The notes under the pieces were generated by a model. The model saw nothing but the letters and a program-made list of their open reading frames with translations. It was not told the origin of the DNA and did no database searches. The position numbers were made by a program, and so were the translations under genes. From Candidatus Kapaibacterium sp. (GTDB lineage: Bacteria; Bacteroidota; Ignavibacteria; Kapaibacteriales; UBA2268): a DNA stretch of 64,000 nt. This document shows positions 1 through 8,960 of the stretch, piece by piece. Where the stretch lies: positions 1,248,001 to 1,312,000 of the forward strand of contig OY761611.1 in the NCBI GenBank assembly GCA_963664875.1, read 5' to 3'. The first letter of the stretch is position 1; each line of letters starts with the position of its first letter.

Positions 1-16
1 TATTTAGTCTCAATAT

Positions 17-547
17 TTACTGTAATTCGCCGTATTTTTCCGGGAATGGCGGCAACGGAAGCGAATCCGGTACTCCCATTAACGGAAAATCTTTTCTTAA
101 TGGATGCAATGGTTCTCCGGTTTCAGGATCATTAAAATCTTCAGGCATATAAAAACGCCTCAAACCCGGATGTCCCTCAAATTTTATCCCATACATATCG
201 AATGTTTCTCTTTCGTACCAATTGGCACTTTCCCAAACGTCAGTAAGAGTGTGTACCACAGGATCCTTTTCCTGAAGTACTACTTTCAGCCTCAATCTTT
301 CAGCATGCTTAATTGAATAGAGAATATACACAACATTAAACCTATCCTTTTTCTCATACCAGTCTATCCCTGTTACGTCTAAAAGCTGTTCAAATGAAGT
401 CAGCGGATTGTCGCGCAGCTCTTTTGCTACTTCTACTAACTTTTCTTTTGGTAAAATTAGTGTTAGCTGGTCTCTATGTTCGTAAGTTTCAAGTTCAGGA
501 CATACGGACTTCGCAACTTCAATCATTGTCTCTCTTTCGATAGCCAT
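17..547 (-). CDS. nuoC: NADH-quinone oxidoreductase subunit C
   Basis: Motifs ANWYERETFDMYGIKFEGHP and HPLRKDFP of the complex I 30-kDa subunit; probable start at MAIERE (547), while the ORF track starts at 601. Confidence 0.95.
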   Translation of the reverse strand: MAIERETMIEVAKSVCPELETYEHRDQLTLILPKEKLVEVAKELRDNPLTSFEQLLDVTGIDWYEKKDRFNVVYILYSIKHAERLRLKVVLQEKDPVVHTLTDVWESANWYERETFDMYGIKFEGHPGLRRFYMPEDFNDPETGEPLHPLRKDFPLMGVPDSLPLPPFPEKYGELQ

Positions 548-598
548 TTGAAATCCCTGTTGGTAATAAAATAATACATGAGCTTGCTGAACTGACAG

Positions 599-606
599 CA
601 ATATAA
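599..606 (-). promoter_or_regulatory. Putative Bacteroidota-type -7 promoter element (TATATTTG) for nuoC
   Basis: Matches TAnnTTTG about 50 nt upstream of the probable nuoC start. Confidence 0.5.
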
Positions 607-677
607 AAAAAAAATTTATTCTAAAAAGAAGTTTTGCTATGTTTGGTAATTATTATTTGTTCAATTATCCAAGTCGC

Positions 678-2306
678 ATGATGATAAAAGTACAAAAAGC
701 CATTTTATTGTTGATTTTACTTACTATCTCTTCTTATTTTTCGTACTCAAAAGACGAAAAAGCCAAGGTTTCATTATCTACGCCACACAATACCGTAAAA
801 ACTCATTTGATTTTTTTGCAGGAAAACAACTGGTTCCCCGATTTAGCTGCAAAATCTCTCTACGGACTTAATCCTAAAAAAGAAGATTCTCAGCAGCTGG
901 CAATTAAGCTCAAAGAAATAATGGATGCAAGACAGCTTTATGTTATAATGAACAATGTCCCTGATGATGCTAACTATAAGGATTCCATTTCCGGACAATC
1001 AAAATATATTCTTTTCAAAAGTGTACCCAATATTTATGTTGAGAAAATTTCAGGTAAGTGGTTTTACTCTAAAGAAACTGTTGCTTCTATCGAAGATTTA
1101 TATGCAGAGACATTCCCATTTGCTACTCCGGATATGATAGAAAACTTACCCCCATTTTTCAGAGAAAAATTATTCAATATAGAAGTTTGGCAAATTATTG
1201 GAATTGCTCTGTTTTTCATTGTATCTGTCGTCATATTCAAGCTCTTGACTTGGATTTTCGGATTTTTACTTGCAAAAATCTTTGCAAAATTTGCCAAAGA
1301 AGAATTATTCTCGCGTTATATCAATCCGGTGGCTGAACCTATAAGCCTTGTAGCTATCATAATATTTTGGATAGTTTTTCTTCCTATGCTAATGCTTCCG
1401 ATAAAAGTCGGCTACTATATCTCGATGTTCTTCAATGCTTCATATCCGCTGATCATTACTGTTATAGCATTCAGACTCTCTGACCTTGTGGCAGATATTT
1501 TTGAGCGCTTTGCAAGTAAAACAGCTACCACAGTAGATGACAACATGGTACCTTTGGTAAGAAAGACATTGAAAATAATTGTTGGAGTGCTTGGTATTAT
1601 CTATTTCTTTGAGAACATAGGTATATCCATAACTCCTTTGCTTGCTGGTGTTTCTATAGGTGGATTAGCTTTTGCTCTTGCGGCACAGGATACAGTTAAA
1701 AATTTGTTTGGTTCTTTGACTATCTTTACCGACCAACCGTTTGAGGTAGGCGATTGGATAGTATTTTCAGGAACTGAAGGGACTGTGGAGCAGGTTGGTA
1801 TTCGCTCCACACGAGTGCGAACATTCTATAACTCTCTGATTTCCATCCCTAACGGCAAACTTGCTGACAGTTTGATCGATAACATGGGGAAACGTGAATT
1901 CAGACGATATAACACAAAACTTACAATCACCTATGATACTCCGCCGGAGCTAATTGATGTCTTTGTCGAAGGTTTGAAAACAATAGTCCTCAATCACCCA
2001 AAAACAAGAAAAGATTACTTTCAGATACATCTGAATGGCTTTGGGGCATCATCTTTGGAAATATTATTCTATATTTTCTTTGAGGTAGCAGATTGGACAG
2101 AAGAATTAGAAGCCAGACATCAAATTATTAGCGAAATATTGCGACTCGCAGCTGAACTAAATGTTAGATTTGCTTTCCCAACTGAGACTCATTTTATTGA
2201 AGAATTCCCAGGCAATGGAAGTCTTACGCCGAAATACAGCAATAATAAAAACGAGTTCGAAGCGAAGATGAGAAATTACTTCGACAGACGCAATCCTCAG
2301 AAGTAA
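678..2306 (+). CDS. Small-conductance mechanosensitive channel (MscS family) with N-terminal periplasmic extension
   Basis: GGLAFALAAQDTVKNLFGS, PFEVGDWI, GTVEQVGIRSTRVRT and FAFPT motifs; signal-like N-terminus; ORF track start 639. Confidence 0.92.
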   Translation: MMIKVQKAILLLILLTISSYFSYSKDEKAKVSLSTPHNTVKTHLIFLQENNWFPDLAAKSLYGLNPKKEDSQQLAIKLKEIMDARQLYVIMNNVPDDANYKDSISGQSKYILFKSVPNIYVEKISGKWFYSKETVASIEDLYAETFPFATPDMIENLPPFFREKLFNIEVWQIIGIALFFIVSVVIFKLLTWIFGFLLAKIFAKFAKEELFSRYINPVAEPISLVAIIIFWIVFLPMLMLPIKVGYYISMFFNASYPLIITVIAFRLSDLVADIFERFASKTATTVDDNMVPLVRKTLKIIVGVLGIIYFFENIGISITPLLAGVSIGGLAFALAAQDTVKNLFGSLTIFTDQPFEVGDWIVFSGTEGTVEQVGIRSTRVRTFYNSLISIPNGKLADSLIDNMGKREFRRYNTKLTITYDTPPELIDVFVEGLKTIVLNHPKTRKDYFQIHLNGFGASSLEILFYIFFEVADWTEELEARHQIISEILRLAAELNVRFAFPTETHFIEEFPGNGSLTPKYSNNKNEFEAKMRNYFDRRNPQK

Positions 2307-2334
2307 AAAACTAAAAAAGATAGAAATTAAACAC

Positions 2335-2376
2335 AAAACCCATTTTCACCTTCAAAAAAGAAGAAAATGGGTTTTG
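2335..2376. terminator. Bidirectional intrinsic terminator between mscS and glgP
   Basis: Inverted repeat CAAAACCCATTTTC...GAAAATGGGTTTTG between convergent genes. Confidence 0.7.
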
Positions 2377-2400
2377 CTTGATTTCTCTTGGAGAATATAT

Positions 2401-4953
2401 TTATGCCCAATGGCATAGATATAATTCTGCAGGATCTTCCATTAGGCCATGAGCAGGCAGGATTCTAATTGTATAGCCCTGCATACCGGTTTCACTGCAA
2501 ACATAGGCACCTTCGTAGAGGTGATAATTATTTTCAGAACGAACCAAACTTAAATGAGAAACTTTGGTCTCTACCAAATCCCCATGATGATTGACTCCAC
2601 CATGATAAATCTGCACAACCACATCTTTTGGCTCTAAATTACCTAAGGAAACAGTTGCTGTTACTCCGATTTCTTTCCCCACATTCGCCTGCATAGTTTG
2701 ATCTTTCATTGCAGTATCTATTACTTCCACATCTTTCCAAGAAGCCCGCACCTTTTCTTTCCATACTTTTAACTGTTTAGCATTTACAGCATCATTTTCG
2801 GTCAGCTGCTGGTAGCGGTCTAAAGCAGGAATATAAAAATGAGTAGCATAGTCTTTTACCATTCTGTGAGTAGAAAATCTACCGGCTATAGTTTTGATAG
2901 CATTTTTCATTAGTTCAGCCCATTTATCGGGTACTCTGCTGAGACTTCTGTCATAAAACAGAGGTTTTATTGTATTTTCGAGAAGATTATAAATAATATC
3001 AGATTCTATCAGAGCAGTTTCTTCGTTATTTTCTCTTTCTTCTCTGTCGCCAATAGCAAATCCGTTTTTGCTGTTATATGCCTCGTCCCACCAGCCATCA
3101 AGAATAGATAGATTGAGAGTACCATTGAGTGCAGCTTTCATTCCGCTGGTACCGCTTGCTTCCATCGGCCTGATAGGATTATTAAGCCAAACATCTGCAC
3201 CTTTGACCAAAAGACGGGCAATTACCATATCATAATCTTCTAAAAAGACAACGTGTTTTTCTAATTTATAGTCACGAATTTTCTGAATTATAGATTGGAT
3301 TACCTCTTTTCCGGCAGTATCATGAGGGTGAGCTTTACCAGCCAAGATAATCTGCACAGGTCTTTCAGGATCTTTCAAAATTGCCGAAAGACGCTTCATA
3401 TCACGGAATAGAAGTGCTGCTCTTTTGTATGTAGCAAATCTTCTCGCAAAGCCAATTGTCAGAGCATCAGGATTTAAAAATTCGTTGATTTTATTTATCT
3501 GATTAGGCAACAAAAATGCTCTTTGTTTTGTTTTGAGATACTCTCTTGTAAACAATACCAATCTGACGCGTCTTCTTTGTTTTTCTCGCCAGATTTCTTC
3601 TCCGGGAATATTATCAACCTGATCCCAAATTGCCTGATTGTCCGTATCAGAGCGCCAGCTGAAAGGTAAATATCTATCATACAACTCTTCAAATTCACGC
3701 GCTATCCATGTTAAAGTATGGATACCGTTTGTGATACCTCGAATAGGTACTTCATCTACCGGGAAGCATTTCCATATTTTGTGCCACATTTCTCTGGAAA
3801 CTCTACCGTGTAACTCACTAACACCATTGTGATATGAGGTCATTTTTAGCCCAAGAACAGTCATAGAGAAACTTTCGTTAGGATTATATCCCTGCATTTG
3901 CCCAAGACCTATAAACTCCTCCCACGTAAGTCCTATGGTTTCTGCATAATGCTTTAGGTAATTGCCCATTCTGTCAAGATGGAATGCTTCATTACCTGCA
4001 GGAACAGGTGTGTGAGTAGTAAATACAGAACTGCCTTTTGTTATTTGCTTAGCAGTTTGGAAATCGACATTATATTTCTTCATAAACATATATGTACGTT
4101 CGAGTAAAGCAAATGCGGCATGACCTTCGTTTATATGAATTACATCCGGATTGATACCTATAGCAGCAAGAGCCCTCATACCACCAACACCAAGAAGTAT
4201 TTCCTGCTGTATCCTTGTGTCTCTGGTGCCGCCATAAAGCTGGTTTGTAATTTCGCGATACTCTTCGATACCATTCAATTCAATATTAGTATCTAACATA
4301 AACAGTGTAACATTACCTGCGTCTAAGCACCATATTTGAGCAAATGCTTTGCCATAAGGCATATTAACATCAATAATGATTGGTTCGCCATTGTCATGCT
4401 TCATCAGTACAAGAGGCAAAGAGTAAAAATCATTGTAATTATACAATTCATTTTGCCATCCATTTTGAGTAAGATGTTGGCGAAAATATCCCTGCTGATA
4501 GAGCAGCCCAACACCCACAAGCGGCAAACCAAGATCTGAGGCAGATTTTAAGTGGTCACCTGCAAGTACGCCAAGACCACCTGAATAGTTAGGAAAACTC
4601 TCATTGATTCCATATTCAGGACTAAAATACGCAATCTTGCCTTTCCTGTAGTTTTCGTTTTTGTGGAACCATTTTTTACCGGAGATATAATTTTGAAACT
4701 CAACGTAAACGCTATCAAGGAATCTTACAAAATCGTCCTGTTCTGAAAGAGTTTTCAATTTTTCCTGCGATAAGCGATTGATAAGCATGACAGGGTTATG
4801 ATGAACATCTTTCCATATTTGTCTATCCATTCTTTGGAATAGCTCTCTTGCATCAGAATTCCAACACCACCAATAATTATAAGCTAACTCTCGCAGCTTA
4901 GATATTTTCTCTGGCAGTTTGGCAGTAACGACAAAACTATGTACGGGTTTCAT
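2401..4953 (-). CDS. glgP: Alpha-glucan (glycogen/starch) phosphorylase
   Basis: YSGGLGVLAGDHLKSASDL, GFARRFATYKRA and the PLP-lysine motif EASGTSGMKAALNG. Confidence 0.96.
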   Translation of the reverse strand: MKPVHSFVVTAKLPEKISKLRELAYNYWWCWNSDARELFQRMDRQIWKDVHHNPVMLINRLSQEKLKTLSEQDDFVRFLDSVYVEFQNYISGKKWFHKNENYRKGKIAYFSPEYGINESFPNYSGGLGVLAGDHLKSASDLGLPLVGVGLLYQQGYFRQHLTQNGWQNELYNYNDFYSLPLVLMKHDNGEPIIIDVNMPYGKAFAQIWCLDAGNVTLFMLDTNIELNGIEEYREITNQLYGGTRDTRIQQEILLGVGGMRALAAIGINPDVIHINEGHAAFALLERTYMFMKKYNVDFQTAKQITKGSSVFTTHTPVPAGNEAFHLDRMGNYLKHYAETIGLTWEEFIGLGQMQGYNPNESFSMTVLGLKMTSYHNGVSELHGRVSREMWHKIWKCFPVDEVPIRGITNGIHTLTWIAREFEELYDRYLPFSWRSDTDNQAIWDQVDNIPGEEIWREKQRRRVRLVLFTREYLKTKQRAFLLPNQINKINEFLNPDALTIGFARRFATYKRAALLFRDMKRLSAILKDPERPVQIILAGKAHPHDTAGKEVIQSIIQKIRDYKLEKHVVFLEDYDMVIARLLVKGADVWLNNPIRPMEASGTSGMKAALNGTLNLSILDGWWDEAYNSKNGFAIGDREERENNEETALIESDIIYNLLENTIKPLFYDRSLSRVPDKWAELMKNAIKTIAGRFSTHRMVKDYATHFYIPALDRYQQLTENDAVNAKQLKVWKEKVRASWKDVEVIDTAMKDQTMQANVGKEIGVTATVSLGNLEPKDVVVQIYHGGVNHHGDLVETKVSHLSLVRSENNYHLYEGAYVCSETGMQGYTIRILPAHGLMEDPAELYLCHWA

Positions 4954-5020
4954 CAATTTTCTCCGGAATTTATTTGAACATTTTTAGTATCTTTACTTAA
5001 AAAACTCATTAGGAAAAGCA

Positions 5021-5659
5021 ATGGTAACTAAGGTCTATAACTCCAAAACAAACAAAAATGAAGCCATATCGCAAGCAATTTTGGCTCTAAAAAGCAATGA
5101 AGCTATAGTCTTCCCCACCGAAACCGTCTATGGCATCGGAGCATGTATTTTTGACGTGGCAGCTGTAGAAAAAGTGTTTCAGATTAAAAACCGACCATTG
5201 GATAAGCCAATGGCAGCTCATGTTTCGTCATTGGAACAGGTCAAACTGTTATCGGATAATATTCCTGATTTATTTTACCTCCTTGCAGAAAGTTTTTTAC
5301 CCGGTCCATTGTCTTTAATAATTCCGAAAAATGAAAATATTTCCGATGTGGTTACTGCCGGATTTAAGACAATCGGCATCAGATTCCCATCTAACGAAGT
5401 TTGCAGAGAAATAATTGATTTGTATGGTGCACCGCTTGCAGCCACCTCTGCAAATATTTCAGGAGGAAGCTCTCCGCAGACGGCGATTGATGCTTTATCG
5501 GATTTGGACGGATTAGTCTCATGTGTCATAGATGACGGTGAAACGACATACCGCAAAGATTCCACTGTTTTGGATATTTCCGGTTCGAGTCCAAGATTAT
5601 TAAGAGAAGGCGTAATCTCCAAAATTGAACTTGAAGATTTTTTAGGGTGTAATATTTAG
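5021..5659 (+). CDS. tsaC: L-threonylcarbamoyladenylate synthase (Sua5/YrdC/TsaC)
   Basis: FPTETVYGIG, KNRP, PGPL and TSANISG motifs. Confidence 0.93.
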   Translation: MVTKVYNSKTNKNEAISQAILALKSNEAIVFPTETVYGIGACIFDVAAVEKVFQIKNRPLDKPMAAHVSSLEQVKLLSDNIPDLFYLLAESFLPGPLSLIIPKNENISDVVTAGFKTIGIRFPSNEVCREIIDLYGAPLAATSANISGGSSPQTAIDALSDLDGLVSCVIDDGETTYRKDSTVLDISGSSPRLLREGVISKIELEDFLGCNI

Positions 5660-5755
5660 GTACAAGTTGCTTAAGTGTATTATATATTTAAGTAGGATTT
5701 TTCGATTTTTTATCATATTTTAAATGACTTTTGATAATATTATGACTCCCCGGGA

Positions 5756-6022
5756 ATGAAAGAAGTAGAAATTACAGTTTTAAACAGAGCCGGTTTGCAC
5801 ACTCGACCGGCAGCGACTTTAGTTAAACTTTCTGCTAAATTCAAATGTGATTTGCAACTTATCAGAGACGGTTTTCCTATCAATGCAAAAAGTATCATCG
5901 GAGTAATGACTTTGGCTGCTGAGCAGGGGTGCAAGCTAATGCTGAGAGCTGACGGCAGCGACGAAGAAGACGCAGTTGCGGAAATATCAAAATTATTTGA
6001 GAGTGGATTTGGTGAAATTTAA
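5756..6022 (+). CDS. ptsH: Phosphocarrier protein HPr
   Basis: GLHTRPAA (His15) and NAKSIIGVMTL (Ser46) motifs; 88 aa. Confidence 0.96.
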   Translation: MKEVEITVLNRAGLHTRPAATLVKLSAKFKCDLQLIRDGFPINAKSIIGVMTLAAEQGCKLMLRADGSDEEDAVAEISKLFESGFGEI

Positions 6023-6035
6023 GTAGGTAAGCAAA

Positions 6036-7805
6036 GTGGTTGAAGATTTTAACCTAAAAGTTCCATCTGTTCAGCGTTATTCTATTAAAACTTCTGAACA
6101 GAAAATTTATAAAGGTATCCCCTCCTCATCGGGCATAATGATAGGAAGGGCTGTGGTTATTCAACCTGAAAGTATTATTATACCCGAACACACTTTGCAG
6201 GCAGAACAGATTGACGACGAAATTAAACGCTTTAACTCGGCTCTAGATGCTTATAAAAATGACTTGAACAGAGTAATTGCAAATGTAAAAAATGATGAAG
6301 CTAATCTTTCTGCGATAATCGAATCTAATGTACTGATGCTGGAAGATCCTTCTCTGACAATGCCTATAGAAAACAATATCAAGTCAGGATATACAGCTGA
6401 AAGTTCCATTGTTTCTGCTATTGATAAGCTAAAATCATTCTTCAAAACCACTAAAGATGCAATTCTGCAGGAAAGAATCTTTGAATTGGATAATATTAAA
6501 AAAGGGCTTCTTGCTACCCTCCGCAACCAATGTTTTTATTATGCAGTTGCCAAAGACGCAATAGTCATTGCTAAATCACTTACCCCCACTGACGTAATCA
6601 ATTTTAGAGATGCCGGGGTAAAGGCATTTGTTACAGAAATCGGCGGCATTGCCTCTCACTCATCTATTCTGGCTCGAAGTTTTGAACTGCCTGAAGTAAT
6701 CGGTGTTCTTAACTCGACTGACAATATTAAAGACGGAGACTATGTGATAGTAGATGGCTATACCGGTCAGGTTATAGTCAACCCAACATCAAGAATACTT
6801 GAATCATTCCAACGAAAAAAATCTGCAGAAGAGGAACATAAAAGAGAACTCGGCGAAATCATAAACTTAAATACTGAGACTTTAGACGGTAAAAGATGCC
6901 ATCTGTATGCTAATGTAGATTTGCCGGAAGAAGCTCGTGCTGCTTTCCTATGGGGAGCCGAAGGTATAGGACTTTTCCGCTCAGAGTCATTGATAGTAAG
7001 TCTTGGATATTTCCCAAGTGAGCGAGAACAGTTTGATTTCTACAAACAACTTTCGGACACTGCATACCCCAAAGAATTGACAATCAGAGCTTTCGACGTC
7101 GGATCTGACAAATGGGCTGAAGGTTTACCAACCAGAGAAGACAACCCTGCATTAGGTTTTAGGGGGATAAGATTTTTACTCACAAGAAAAGATCTTTTCA
7201 AGATTCAAATACGAGCTATCCTCAGAGCTTCCATAAACAAAAATATACGTTTTATGTTGCCGATGATTTCTTCGGTACAGGAATTGCAGACAGCACACAG
7301 CATCATAGCTGATGTAAAAAATGAACTTGACTTAGCTGATATTGCATACGATACCCAAATGCCAATAGGCATAATGATAGAAACTCCTGCGGCTGTCCTT
7401 CTTGCTGAAGATTTGGCAAAGTATGCTGACTTTTTCAGCATTGGTACTAATGATTTAACTCAATATACTGTCGCTGCTGATAGAACAAATGACCTTGTTT
7501 CCAATGTTTTTGATACTTTCAATCCGGCAGTTATCAGACTCATCAAAATGGCTATAGACGCAGCTAAAGCAAATAATATACCTATCGGAATTTGTGGTGA
7601 ATTTGCAGGACACGCTGCCTCCACAGCAATACTTATTGGTTTAGGTATAGATGAACTTTCGGTAGCCCCTCCTATTTTACTTGAAACTAAAAACAGAATT
7701 CGAAGTTTAAATTATGCTGAAGCAAACGAAATAGCAAATCAGACACTTGCTTGCTCCACCAGCTCTGAAATTAGTAATATTTTGGACAAAATAATCACAG
7801 AATAA
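6036..7805 (+). CDS. ptsI: Phosphoenolpyruvate-protein phosphotransferase (PTS enzyme I)
   Basis: GGIASHSSILAR phospho-His motif, EGIGLFRSE, NPALGFRGIR, FSIGTNDLTQY and ICGE. Confidence 0.96.
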   Translation: MVEDFNLKVPSVQRYSIKTSEQKIYKGIPSSSGIMIGRAVVIQPESIIIPEHTLQAEQIDDEIKRFNSALDAYKNDLNRVIANVKNDEANLSAIIESNVLMLEDPSLTMPIENNIKSGYTAESSIVSAIDKLKSFFKTTKDAILQERIFELDNIKKGLLATLRNQCFYYAVAKDAIVIAKSLTPTDVINFRDAGVKAFVTEIGGIASHSSILARSFELPEVIGVLNSTDNIKDGDYVIVDGYTGQVIVNPTSRILESFQRKKSAEEEHKRELGEIINLNTETLDGKRCHLYANVDLPEEARAAFLWGAEGIGLFRSESLIVSLGYFPSEREQFDFYKQLSDTAYPKELTIRAFDVGSDKWAEGLPTREDNPALGFRGIRFLLTRKDLFKIQIRAILRASINKNIRFMLPMISSVQELQTAHSIIADVKNELDLADIAYDTQMPIGIMIETPAAVLLAEDLAKYADFFSIGTNDLTQYTVAADRTNDLVSNVFDTFNPAVIRLIKMAIDAAKANNIPIGICGEFAGHAASTAILIGLGIDELSVAPPILLETKNRIRSLNYAEANEIANQTLACSTSSEISNILDKIITE

Positions 7806-7845
7806 CATTTTTACTTTCAACCTTCGACTGCACAAAAACCAAAAA

Positions 7846-7873
7846 AAAGCTGCCCGAAAAAATCCGAGCAGCC
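7846..7873. terminator. Putative terminator between ptsI and the rhodanese gene
   Basis: GCTGCCCG...CGAGCAGC imperfect stem with an adjacent A-run (U-tract on the minus strand). Confidence 0.5.
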
Positions 7874-7904
7874 TATAAAAACTTAATATCATAAAGTAAT
7901 GAGC

Positions 7905-8918
7905 TTATTCAGTTACTTTGGGATATTCATAAGATTCTTTAGATTCATCCCAAACAGTAAGTTTACCTGCAACCATTTTGTCGTAAATCATTGCATTTGC
8001 ACCATAAAGAAGTGATTTTGCATTATAACCTAATACCTGAAGGTATGCTGCTATATAAGCACTTGTTTGGCCAGTGTAGCAATAAACAACAACTTCTTTA
8101 TCTGTAGGTAATGTTTTCAAATCGTTGGAGAACATCAAGCTTTCGCCCGGTGTATATTGAATAGCACCTGCAACGTGTCCCGGATCAGTATAATGTGCCA
8201 ATGACCAATAATTTACGATATAGTATTTTGACAAATCAAGGTATAGATTAGCATTCGTAATTTTGGCAACATCGAAGCCTGCAGCTAAAGCAGCTTCTAC
8301 TCTTGCTCTAAGAATTTCAGGACCGGTTTTTTTGCCTGTATTCAAAGTAGGAAGTTTGCCTGCAGCAGCTTTTGGAGTTTCTGTGCTTGTGAAATCTTCG
8401 GCTCTTGAGTTTCCGATGTTTTTGTTCCAAACGTTAACTGCATTTTCTTTATTCCAAGAAGACATACCCCATTTCAAAGAAGAAACTTTTGTGTGTCCCA
8501 TCATTCTCAATAAGGATGCACCATAAGCAGCAGTTTGACCTGAGTAACATACAATTACGATATCAGTATATTGTGATTCGTCTAAGCCTTCAACATGTGT
8601 AAGAAGATTTGCCAACGTTACATTATGTGCACCTTCAATGTGACCGCTTTTGAAGTCAGCTTCATTTCTGATGTCAATTAAATATTGTTTGCCGGGATTT
8701 GTTGACATATCTGTATAAAGAGCTGAAGCACCTTTTACTACCGGGAACTTCAAATTGAGAGTTTCGAGATACTCTGCCAATACCTGTGACTCATTGATAG
8801 TAACAGGATTAGTAGGTGTATCTTCGTCATCATCACTACAAGCTGTGAATGACAAACCTAATGCTAATAACATTAGCATAAATAGGTAATTAGAACGTTT
8901 TAGCATTTCTTTAAACAT
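7905..8918 (-). CDS. Tandem rhodanese-domain lipoprotein (sulfurtransferase-like)
   Basis: Lipobox FTAC; two rhodanese domains (LIDIR..GHIEGA..VCYSGQTA and GHVAGA..VYCYTGQTS); GGAGG RBS. Confidence 0.88.
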   Translation of the reverse strand: MFKEMLKRSNYLFMLMLLALGLSFTACSDDDEDTPTNPVTINESQVLAEYLETLNLKFPVVKGASALYTDMSTNPGKQYLIDIRNEADFKSGHIEGAHNVTLANLLTHVEGLDESQYTDIVIVCYSGQTAAYGASLLRMMGHTKVSSLKWGMSSWNKENAVNVWNKNIGNSRAEDFTSTETPKAAAGKLPTLNTGKKTGPEILRARVEAALAAGFDVAKITNANLYLDLSKYYIVNYWSLAHYTDPGHVAGAIQYTPGESLMFSNDLKTLPTDKEVVVYCYTGQTSAYIAAYLQVLGYNAKSLLYGANAMIYDKMVAGKLTVWDESKESYEYPKVTE

Positions 8919-8960
8919 AGGACCTCCTAAAAGAAAATATATAAAAATATTTGAAAATTA

